Shown here piece after piece: positions 9,179 to 19,942 of a DNA stretch of 33,413 nucleotides; the stretch's first letter is position 1; each line of letters starts with the position of its first letter. The notes beneath the pieces are model-generated. The model saw nothing but the letters and a program-made list of their open reading frames with translations. It was not told where the DNA came from and did not search any database. Both the position numbers and the translations under genes were made by a program. This DNA comes from Octopus bimaculoides (taxonomy: Eukaryota): positions 67,870,449-67,903,861 of the forward strand of contig NC_068984.1 in NCBI RefSeq assembly GCF_001194135.2, given 5' to 3'.

Positions 9179-11080
9179 TAGATAGTACTTCATTATAAAA
9201 TTGTCCCAACGTAAGAAAGAAATTTTATATGCATGACTGATTTGTGAAAGGATATTAATAATAATTTCCAACAGGCAAAACCATTGTCAGAGCAGTTTTC
9301 TGTTTGTTTGTTTGTTTGTTTGTTTTTTTTGTTTTTGTTTTTTTTTGTTTTTTTCGTGTGTGTGTGATTAATAATTGTTTCACCTTTCATTTGGTTAGTT
9401 GCCGAAAGACTATCTCAAGTAAAACAATTTTCATGCTAGATTTCCAAACTTGAGTGCAATGGAAATGCACAAACTACTTCAAAAGCAACAAAGAGTCATT
9501 TCAACAAGGAAATGATCATTTGGCTGATTGGTATAGGGTCACTCAAAGACACTCTCTAGTCTCTGACCCTAAGGGGTACAGTTTCCCCGGCCTTTTGCAC
9601 TATTACTACATTAGTTTTTGATCATCGCTCTTGATAGAGTTCATGGCACTTCTACGCAAATATTACCAGTTTATTCTTTTCATCTTCTATCACTCATATT
9701 GTGCCCAGCCTCCAGATTCCGTACTAACTACAACAAGCGGTCCTCACTTCCCAGAACATCGGCCCTTGCGAGCTACTCTGCTATTGAAGTCTTCCCACAA
9801 GTAGAGCTTTGTTTGGAATTACTCTCATTGGTCTTGAAAGTGTTTTGAATGTTATGAACACTTTTTTCTCCAGACCAGCAACTACAAAATGATGTGCGTA
9901 CAAAATGTTTCTTTTTGGACCACAGCTACACAGTTTTGATCTCTTGTGGACATTACTTAAGCACATCTGCATGCAAACAGTTGTAAGAAAGAAGGAATAA
10001 ATGTTACACATTCTTATTTCCAGCTTTTCTAAATGTAATCAAATGACAATATTCCTGCTGAATATCGCAGCCAGGTGAATTGCACGGCTACAAGTCTATC
10101 GATTGACAGATTAATAACATGTATCAACTATGACGCTGCTTTGTCTCGCATCAAGTCACTAAAATTCTCGTAAATTAATTTGCCAAACTCCAAAGAAATA
10201 CCATGCAATGATACACAGTATAGTCTAATAGATGAGTATCCCATCGGCTAATACTCATCTTGTTAAATTCATCAGTGTTATTAGATAAAACAACACAGAT
10301 CTTATTCAATTTATCTAGTCTGTGGTCAGAAGCAACGGAACAAACAGACGACCAAAGACATTCCACTCGTGGCCATCATGTCTTTTAGTATTTTATTCAA
10401 TCAACTTAAGACAACTTTATCCAACGTGTTTTATGTAATATCTAAGTACAATGGAGTACGATTTGAGCAGGAATATGTAGCTATTTCTAACAAATCGAGC
10501 GAATGTACTGAAGGTCCCTCAAAAGCTCATATTTCATTTAGTGTATCCTTGTGGAAGAAATGTTACTTCGTTTACAGCGATAGAGTATAAATTGTCGATG
10601 TTGAATTACTATGATTCAAATCAGCGAATATAATTATATATAACCTATAATAGTTTCTTGGTGGATATAGTAATTAAACAGATAGTTGTGAAGAGTGTTT
10701 TGCAACGGTCAACCCAATGAAGCAAAGTTTGTGTTCAAACCTGACGAGACAAAATTTATTCTATTTAGCGATATTATTTTAAAGACGTTGCATGAAATGT
10801 ATGGTACATGTGCATAAGATTTACAGACGTTCTTAAATGTAGTGTGTTACAAGTGTGAAGTTAGTCTTAATAAACCCATTGTATCATCGGTGCACCGCTG
10901 GATAGTTGAGAAAAATATTTAGATTAAGCCGGTCTACCGAAGTCATTTGAGGTTTGAATTTGACACAGCAAACGTAAGTATTATCATTTAGGCACATTTT
11001 TTTCGTAGCTAGACTTACGTCACGTAATTAGTCAGAATACAGGTTGCGTGTTTCTCATAGATTTCGTTAATAGATAAACA

Positions 11081-11100
11081 ATGGCGTTTGTTTCGTTAGA
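11081..11100 (+). CDS. Candidate small secreted peptide gene, first coding exon (MAFVSL+GA); unverified
   Basis: acaATGG start with in-frame TAA just upstream; exon 11061-11100 bounded by acceptor tttctcatag and donor GA|GTAAAT; upstream donor AAC|GTAAGT at 10974 gives an 87-nt intron. Confidence 0.4.
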
Positions 11101-11338
11101 GTAAATTCTAATATACAAACATGAACTCGCGCACCATTAATTTTTTTTGTTTTTTATCGGATCCCAACAATGTATAATATGCGAATAGGCATGAAGTAAT
11201 CTCATTGATTGGCAGACGTAGTTGCATGAGAAACAATTATTGATATAAAAACTAGTAATGAAACAGGAAGCGTAAGTCTGAAACATAATGAATAGACTAA
11301 TGTATTCTATTCCAAACAAGTGTTTGTCATTATTCTAG

Positions 11339-11531
11339 GTTCATCTGCCTTGCACTTTTACATTTGCTTGTTTCTGCGGAGTTTAACGTCGAAAGGAAAG
11401 AAGAGGGAAAAAAACGACTAACAATCGATAAGCAACGAGAAAACTCTACTAAAAATTTGTATCGGAAACCAGCCAATACAGCAATATTTGGTTTTGTAGT
11501 GCAAGATAACTTTTGGAATTTCTTTCTATAG
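11339..11531 (+). CDS. Candidate small secreted peptide gene, second coding exon (E-FICLALLHLLVSA-EFNVERKEEGKKRLTIDKQRENSTKNLYRKPANTAIFGFVVQDNFWNFFL*); 3' structure uncertain
   Basis: Acceptor gtgtttgtcattattctag (11338) with CTAAT branch-like motif near 11297; phase-2 join to 11081-11100 creates a 20-aa signal-peptide-like N-terminus; AATAAA signals near 11702-11726. Confidence 0.38.
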
Positions 11532-13789
11532 ATCCTACAGTCTTCTACTTGTTTGCTTCCTTTGGAAAAGTTGCAAATATCTATAATAGAAATCCGGAGA
11601 ATTCGTGAGAGTGCTAACCTTATCATAACGATTGGCTTCAATTCTATAGTTGAAAACCGATAGTTGGCTGAGCAGAATAACACCAACATGTAAATGTAAA
11701 TAATAAATAAAAAATGTCTGAATAAAACAAATTTTGACTGAAAAGATTTTTGCTTCGAAGTACATAAGTCATCAGTTTTCAATAGAAAGTAGTGTTTTTG
11801 GTTTACATCTTTTTTAACTGCAAATTATATTTTTTAAATCTTCTACATAACACTGGAGGCACAATTATAGAATAAACTGCAAATATTTCCGGGGTAAGAT
11901 ATAAACAGAGCATATACACGATACCATTATCACCGACTAAATGACACAGCACTTTCCTCTAAGGATAAGTTTAATTTCTAATTACTAAGAGCAATAAGCG
12001 GTTTTGTGTATACAAGTACTTAGCCGGCCATGCAGCGTGTGATGTAGAATATTACATATTGTTTTTGATTGTTGTCTATCCCCAGATCAGATATGATCGA
12101 AACTAGGCATTGCCTCTATTTGTAACTTGCTTGTGATGCAGCATGTAATTAAGATACGGAAATCATGGGATTTGTATACTGGTTGAAAGATTAACGAAAA
12201 CAAAGCAAAGCATTAACTAGAAAAGTAATGAACAGAAGTTCACTACGAAGAAGAGGAAGCGATATGAACATTTAAGATATCTGAGTTCTTCAAAATACAT
12301 GAAAGAACAAAACAGAGGGAGAAAAATTTAAAGGAAAACAAAAAACAAGTGCGATTCCCAGAAGCGATACATGTTATAAAATAGACAGGATATAAGTAGA
12401 GAGGGTGGATTCTAGCAGAGAAGAACGAACATATGTTAAAGGAAATAAGCGTGAGAAAAAGGTTTTGAAGTGTGTGCCTCTGTGTTTCAGAGAAAAAAGT
12501 GAGAGGAGGAGAGAGAGAAAGAAAGGGGAGAGAGCGAAAGGGAGAGAGAGAAATGAGGAGGGAGAAGAGAGAATCAAGTCTGTTTTATTGGATGTGTGCA
12601 AATATGCACATGTGTGTGTATGTTTGTGTATTCTTCCAACACAAGGTTTCCGAGTACAAATTTTACCAAGATCAATTTTCCGTTCATCCTTTACTACGTA
12701 CTAGTTGAACAGCAAGGTAAATGTTAATGAGTAATAATCTCTCACTAAATTAGGACATATTCCGGTTACGGAATATGAAAGGTCGGTCATTTAATTAATA
12801 GATCGGTAAAACAACATTCAAATTATCTACTGATATTTTTTTTTTCTATATTTAAGATTAACACTTGTGCTGAGAATACTGCTGTACTCCATTTCCGAAT
12901 GTACGAGTCGATGTCTGATCAGGCGGTGAAGCAGCTCTGTAAGCCTGAAAATAAATCTGCTTGGTTAGATGTTGGGCTTAACTAGTCGTTTAGTTTAATC
13001 TTACCACCAACCATGTGTGTGCCTAAATGGAGTTTACTATGATACAAGTATTCAGACAACGTCTCCGGTCTGAAGACAAATACGACCCCCCCCCCCCNNN
13101 NNNNNNNNNNNNNNNNNNNNNNCCCCCGCCAACGTTATTAGAGTCTCAATAAAATGGAATTGACGCTGAACTTCCTTATCTGACAATCTTATGAAAAACG
13201 TGACCGCCGATAGAAACAATATGCTAAATTGACGATTTTAGAAACAACTCAAAAGCTGTTATTTTACTACACATACAATATCATTTAATATCACTAATTT
13301 TAATGAAACATTTCATTTTTTTAAAGACACCGATCATTTATCCTTAAATCAGCTTGTGAATCATTAATGATATAATACATTATTTAGTTGAAACTTATAG
13401 TTAATAGATTTAACCTCGGATATCATTTCTAACAGGTCTGTGTTTTAACAAAGTTAAAAGATACCCTGTTCACATGATAACATTCTTAGTATGCACAATG
13501 TCTTCGTGTACCAGGCTGTGCACCACAATATATTATAAAGAGAGCATAGTGGAAAGGACAAAATAAATCATGACATGGAGAAGACGTAATGTCTTAAATT
13601 TAAAGTGTTTATCTGATCGAATTATGAGATTAGCTGTTGTTGTCGTTGTTTACCGGAAGATAAGTTCTAATCAAGTACATTTATGATCATAGGTGCTGCA
13701 GCCGTAACCATTTGGGTTTTGGGTGTGGTTTTCAAAAATGATTTAGTTTATTTATATTTTTATTTGGGTGTAGGAGAAGAGCGTAGGTT

Positions 13790-13835
13790 GTGCTCTGAGG
13801 AAAGTTTGACTGCTATTTCTAGCAGATTAAATAAG
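13790..13835 (-). mobile_element. Short SINE tail fragment
   Basis: tgaggaaagtttgactgctatttctagcag resembles a SINE tail recalled from octopus DNA; weaker relatives at ~17770-17810 (+) and ~32208-32262 (-). Confidence 0.4.
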
Positions 13836-13921
13836 GTTTTTTATCGTTGGTTACTTAAGGAAAAAGTGCTAATATAATGTTCTTGTAATAGTATAATTTA
13901 TATTAGATGATTCTCTATATT

Positions 13922-14104
13922 GATGGCACAAGACCAGAAATGTTGAGGGAGTGGGATAGTCGACTACATTGATCCCAGTGTTCAACTGGTACTCTATTTT
14001 ACCGATCCAGAAGGGATATGAGCTGAAATCAGCTACATAAAATGTAAAGCCGTAAGAAACGCTGCTAAGCATTTAACCCGGCGTGATAACGATTCTGCCA
14101 GCCG
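13922..14104 (-). mobile_element. tRNA-derived SINE family C with internal deletion
   Basis: Minus-strand head gctggcagaatcgttatcacgccggg (A-box-like); body ggatcggtaaaatagagtaccagttgaacactgggatcaatgtagtcgact; tail ...cttgtgcca. Confidence 0.75.
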
Positions 14105-15586
14105 GCTGTTTTATAATTTATTTTAGATAATAATCATTCCTAGAGAATCTATGAGTTTTATCTAGTAAATTTGTTTGCTATTGGTTCTGCTAAATATAAT
14201 TAACTTTCTAATTCCTCTTACTAATTTCAGCATCAGTCAATGAAATTTACGATTTTACGAACATTTCTATATAGTTAACTAGATACTATACGCCCAGCAA
14301 GCAACTATCAACACTATACTTCCCATGATGACTTTAAAACAGACACTGTCGGAATATTTCCCCCGCAATGTTGGATCAGAGAATAACATTAACTAACTTC
14401 TATGTGGTTATTACTTGATGTTGTAAATTGTGGAAATAACCAGACTTACTCTTTTATTTCATTGGTAACCAAGGCAGTTTCTTTTAAATGAAATATGAAC
14501 TACTAAATGTAGTTTGGTATTTAGATGACAACAAAGTATTAATATGTTCCTATTAAAGTTAGAAATAGCATTAAGTGGAGTCTGAAAAGACAAAACATAA
14601 AACAGTCAAAATTAATTAATCATCAACAGAATGAATAATTGTGCTGTAGCTGGGAATCATCAAACAATTCTGGAATAGCTTCTTTCTTTCTCATCGCATT
14701 TTTGTTTTATCAGACACATTAATCATAACAACCAGTAGGAAACATAGGAATAAATTTCGGTTTGATATGTTTATGAGCATCAACACCTAAACAATATATG
14801 TGTGCGTGTGCATATATGCACGTATATATCTGCATATATAGATGTGTGTGTGTGTGTGTACTCATTGAAAAAAGACAGAGTTGATCTTTCTAATAATTCG
14901 AGAAATTTATGTGTATGCTTATGAACGTATATTTATATATATACATATGTATGTATGTGTGCATGTGTGTGTATATGTTTGTATGTGTGTGTACGCACGA
15001 GTAAAAAGCGAAATTACATTCACAGAGCACAATATGAATGCAGTTTCATTTCTTGGGGAAACTCATACATTATTATATTTTGCAGTAGTTTCGTTAATAT
15101 TGACAATTTCTTCTATCAAATTATGTTTGCTATATTACATTTACATTATATCTTGTATATTAAACTCGTAAATTCTGGTTTAAATATCATGTGCAATTAT
15201 TGATTATTCAGACTTTCTAGCAGTTTAATTGAGATTGGAAAGGAAAGAAAAGACGTTAGTTTCGCTAATGACTGGATTACATACGAAATTGTTGTCAGCT
15301 ACGTGCAGTGTAAGCAAATCGAAACATATATATAGTCTACAGTATATTATGGATAATGATGCAATTTTGGCGAAATATCATTAAGTAGACAAATAAATAT
15401 CTTAATTATAAGAAAGAACAGAAGATGTTTGAAGCAATCAATAAAAAGGATAATATCTAAATAGTTGTATCCCGAAAGAAATCACATTCCACCAAGAGAC
15501 TGAGTGAATGTGAATGACAATCAAAATTATAGCTGGACTCTGATAGTCCTATAGTATATGAAACCAAGTTTCAGATTCGTTTATAT

Positions 15587-15750
15587 AGGCGCAGGAGTGG
15601 CTGTGTAGTAAAAGGTTTGCTTCCCAACCACATGGTTCCGGATTCAATCCCACTGCGTTGCATCTTGAGCAAGTGCCTTCTATTATAGCCTCGGGCCGAC
15701 CAAAGCCTTGTGAGTAGATTTTGTTGACGGAAACTGAAAGAAGCCAGTCG

Positions 15751-15813
<63 letters not shown>

Positions 15814-15829
15814 GTGTGTGTGTGTGTGT

Positions 15830-15861
<32 letters not shown>

Positions 15862-15995
15862 CTGTGTGTGTCACTGCACCATCGCTTGACAACTGATGTT
15901 GGAGTCGTTACGTCCCCGCAATCTAGCGGTTCGACAAAATAGATTGATAGAATAAGTACCAAGCCTAAAGATAGATAAGTACTTGGGTCAATTGG
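15587..15995 (+). mobile_element. tRNA-derived SINE family B, 3'-truncated, with expanded internal (TA)n(TG)n (15753-15870)
   Basis: Head ggcgcaggagtggctgtgtagtaa, B-box-like ggattcaatccc; body collinear with 6054-6429. Confidence 0.88.
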
Positions 15996-16529
15996 GTAGA
16001 CGAAATCACTCAGAAGTTCCATTGGATGCACTATAGAAATCATTGAATGAAAAACTTAACCGATTGCCATATTGAACACTACTACCTATCACTTAGTTGC
16101 CGTTGGGAACAAATGAGATACAGACGTAGTCACACATGTAAATGGGTAAGTGTCATCTTTCGAACTAAGTCTCGGTTATGATGATATTTGGATCTTCACA
16201 CTTTCTTCATACCGGTCTTCAAAGCCTCCCTCAAACAACATCAAGTTACTACTTTCTCCAGACTTTTACAGGCAACATTTTGCTTGTCTGATCTACTAAT
16301 TAGAAAGTTGATTACAGTATACTTATATAAATATCAATTCCACAATGCACACACACACATTAAAATATATACATATAGAAGCATACATATATTTATATAT
16401 CTATACTGTATGACATTATACATTAATACATACATAAATGCTTACATACCCGTGTGTGTATGTATGTATGTATGTATGTGTGCGTGTATTTACATATATT
16501 CATATGTGTGTAAGTGCCTTTTTGTGTTT

Positions 16530-16715
16530 TTGTCTAACAACCACCCCCACCCCAGCACTGATTGGAAATTTTTGTTGGTCTCTTTCGTCCCTCCGAGATA
16601 GTGATTCGAGAGAAGAGGCTGATAAGATGAGTACCAGAGTTTTTTTTGTTTTTTTTTTGCTTTTACTAGAACCTTCCGGATGTTGCCCCCGCATGGTGGC
16701 AGTCTAATGACTGAA

Positions 16716-16717
<2 letters not shown>
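16530..16717 (+). mobile_element. Highly degenerate 3' part of SINE family B followed by (TA)n
   Basis: gataagatgagtaccag...gttgcccccgcatggtggcagtctaatgactgaagca matches the 3' end of the 6054 copy. Confidence 0.6.
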
Positions 16718-16753
<36 letters not shown>

Positions 16754-19123
16754 TTGGAAATGGATGCGTGGGGTTCAATTAAATAAAAATAATAATTGAT
16801 ATATATATATGTCTTGTCATTGAATGCTCGAAATGAGGAGCAGATAGACCTGTTGAATAAGTACTTTGGCGAGCCTGAGTCGCAGTGAAAACCAATCTTA
16901 TATTAGATTTGGCTCTGTTATATAAGTATTCAGCTCCCCATCAGTAAATGTTCTTATATTATACGTAAATTTCTTGTATATTATTGTTGTTGATGTTGTT
17001 ACTCTTCTTTTGTCTTTCTTCTTCTTCTTCTTTAATATTGTTGTTGTTATTATTAGTATTAAACAACCGTAGTCTGAGCATAATAATGTGAAAATCTAAA
17101 TACTTTTGTTCAAATAGAAGGAACATTAATACAATTTTTAATTGGATTGACATAGTTAAATTCTATGTCCAATTGAATTAACTGTTTAATATGTGTTTAA
17201 GCCGTTATGAACAGAAAAGCGCTGGCTGCCAAGATTGCAAAGATAGCATAAAGAAAGCAAACTTTTCTAGAAGCAAAACAAACATTATAAGAGACACCGC
17301 CCATTGACAGAAATTAAAACGTTCACAAACGTATTTGTATAAAGACATTCATTTAGAAATATTTAAACTTTTGAACTTACATATTGTCAGGGCTTGGTTT
17401 AATGCGGACAGCAGGATTGATGATTATATTTTGCGATCACAGGTTGTTGACCTAATCGATATATAATACTATATCAATCAGATTCACTTGAACAAATGTC
17501 AAGAAAAAGTAATATTTGAGAATGTTATATTAGCGACAGTAGCAGTATTAATACCGCGAGGTAATATTTATCCCCATTTAAACCAGGATGTTCTGTTTGA
17601 GCAAACTTTATTGTGGTAGATACCATTGAGAGAAAGCCTCATATAGGTTACAAATACCTATATGGTACAAAATGATTGTATCACTGGCGGTGAAATAAAC
17701 CCCCACCATGTCCAGCGCCGAGATCACCAGATCATGTAATTTCGACCTTCCTTGGTTTCACCAATGATGAACGCTCGACCACAAGAAATAGCAGTAACTC
17801 ATCTCCCCACCAGTGATATATAAAAAAATCAGTGCCAGGACAGGTACTGGTATCTTGATTAGCTAGAGGGCTTATTAAGAAATATATATTAGTTTGTTCT
17901 TACAGAACATCCACCTTTAAGTGAGTATGAATATTATATCTTTGAGAATTATATACTGTATTGGTGTGTAAACTATCAATGTAAGTTCTGAGGAAGAATC
18001 CTCATTAAAGTCTATTAAAGTGCGCGGTTCAAAGTAGAAATCTGTCTAAGTACTTTACATAACCATTTATTTATATATATCTTACCTGAGAATATAAGTC
18101 GGTAGCTGTGAGTTTGGAAAAACGGTAATGTCAATGGTATTCACCTTTGCGTGTACCGATATGTATTCACTTCACTCAGATACACAAATATAAGTTAAAT
18201 ATCGTTGATGCATCGTAATCTGAGATAAATCATATCCGAACATAACATGTGAGTAATTTTAAAGCAATTCATTGAACACATTTTCATATAATGATGTTCT
18301 CCATAAATCCCTTCCATTTATCAATAATAAAAGAGCAGTATAAAACGTTCCAAAAGAGAAGGATTATTTTGTAACGATGCTTTGTAATGATACACGCAAT
18401 ATACCATAGATTTATACATGCGTGTATATATGTGTGTGCTTGTATTTATACACATGTTATGTTTTCCAATGCTTGTATATATTTATATATTGGAATGCCT
18501 CAATAATCGATAGAACAATTCAATGATCTATTGATAATAATGAAGCAACGCTGCGCTTGACCTCTTTGTTGACCTTTATATGTCGATTTGCCAGATTTTT
18601 CTTCAAACGCAAATGCACACCTATTCATAACTGTTACTAACAGCTTACATCGTTAAAAGTATAAAGTGTGTCTTATGGAAAATAGCTGATTATCTGACTT
18701 GCCATAATCGATGCTACTACTAGTTCTGTTAGTACCAAGCATAGAACTGATATTCCACCTACATTTCTGATGGAGATAAAACAAAAGTCACAAGACATAT
18801 AATACTGTAAGCGATAATAGATATAATGCAGATTTTAAATGAATTATTATATGGATTCGCATTGATATACTAATGCAGCATACAGATGAAAGATACTTAT
18901 TATTGATAATGTCACATCAATATGGACTAAGTCTTTGGATACTATTGGAATCAATGTATTAGAACATACACTTTTTCGAAAACAAGAATAATAACCAAGC
19001 TACAAACATTTTTGGCCTGAGAAAACATGTCTACCCCTGCGTGACAAGGACATCAATTTATTCCAAATAGAATTTCTGAGAAAGTAAGTTTAAGTGTAAA
19101 AGGAATCATTTCCTGCGCAAATT

Positions 19124-19124
19124 C

Positions 19125-19192
<68 letters not shown>

Positions 19193-19897
19193 NNNNNNNN
19201 NNNNNNNNNNNNNNNNNNNNNNNNNNNNNNNNNNNNNNNNNNNNNNNNNNNNNNNNNNNNNNNNNNNNNNNNNNNNNNNNNNNNNNNNNNNNNNNNNNNN
19301 NNNNNNNNNNNNNNNNNNNNNNNNNNNNNNNNNNNNNNNNNNNNNNNNNNNNNNNNNNNNNNNNNNNNNNNNNNNNNNNNNNNNNNNNNNNNNNNNNNNN
19401 NNNNNNNNNNNNNNNNNNNNNNNNNNNNNNNNNNNNNNNNNNNNNNNNNNNNNNNNNNNNNNNNNNNNNNNNNNNNNNNNNNNNNNNNNNNNNNNNNNNN
19501 NNNNNNNNNNNNNNNNNNNNNNNNNNNNNNNNNNNNNNNNNNNNNNNNNNNNNNNNNNNNNNNNNNNNNNNNNNNNNNNNNNNNNNNNNNNNNNNNNNNN
19601 NNNNNNNNNNNNNNNNNNNNNNNNNNNNNNNNNNNNNNNNNNNNNNNNNNNNNNNNNNNNNNNNNNNNNNNNNNNNNNNNNNNNNNNNNNNNNNNNNNNN
19701 NNNNNNNNNNNNNNNNNNNNNNNNNNNNNNNNNNNNNATAGCAAGCAATAAATTTTCTGCTTTGTCAATGACGGGTCTACATTTGTGGAAAAACAAGTCA
19801 TTGATGTTAGAATACAGTTTCTCTCTCCCTCTCTCTCTCTAACACGCACACACACACACACATAACTGACACACGTGTATGTATGTGTATGCGGTGC

Positions 19898-19940
<43 letters not shown>
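19124..19940. repeat. (CT)n microsatellite, assembly gap 19193-19737, and (CT)/(CA)/(TA) microsatellites
   Basis: Directly visible. Confidence 0.9.

Positions 19941-19942
<2 letters not shown>

Noticed and set aside
10230-10260. Perfect 10-bp hairpin AGATGAGTAT/ATACTCATCT with 11-nt loop
   Set aside because: Stem too short for a pre-miRNA, extension is poor; expected by chance at this scale
11330-11782. 150-aa minus-strand ORF with a vaguely GPCR-tail-like end (AGFRYKF...RC)
   Set aside because: No NPxxY or TM7 pattern, and its N-terminal part is low-complexity T-rich sequence; the plus-strand spliced model has better signals
12063-12085. TTTTGATTGTTG resembling the miR-315 5' end
   Set aside because: The match stops after 12 nt and there is no hairpin partner
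12857-12944. Exon-like segments on both strands around 12.9 kb (INTCAENTAVLHFRMYESMSDQAVKQL on +; LTELLHRLIRHRLV on -)
   Set aside because: Competing readings with no recognisable homology or linked neighbouring exons; cannot be supported
13086-13127. Poly-C run (potential G-quadruplex on minus)
   Set aside because: Interrupted by an N gap; true length and sequence unknown
16176-16290. C box ATGATGA and D box CTGA about 110 nt apart (possible C/D snoRNA)
   Set aside because: No terminal stem and no rRNA/snRNA-complementary guide that I can recognise
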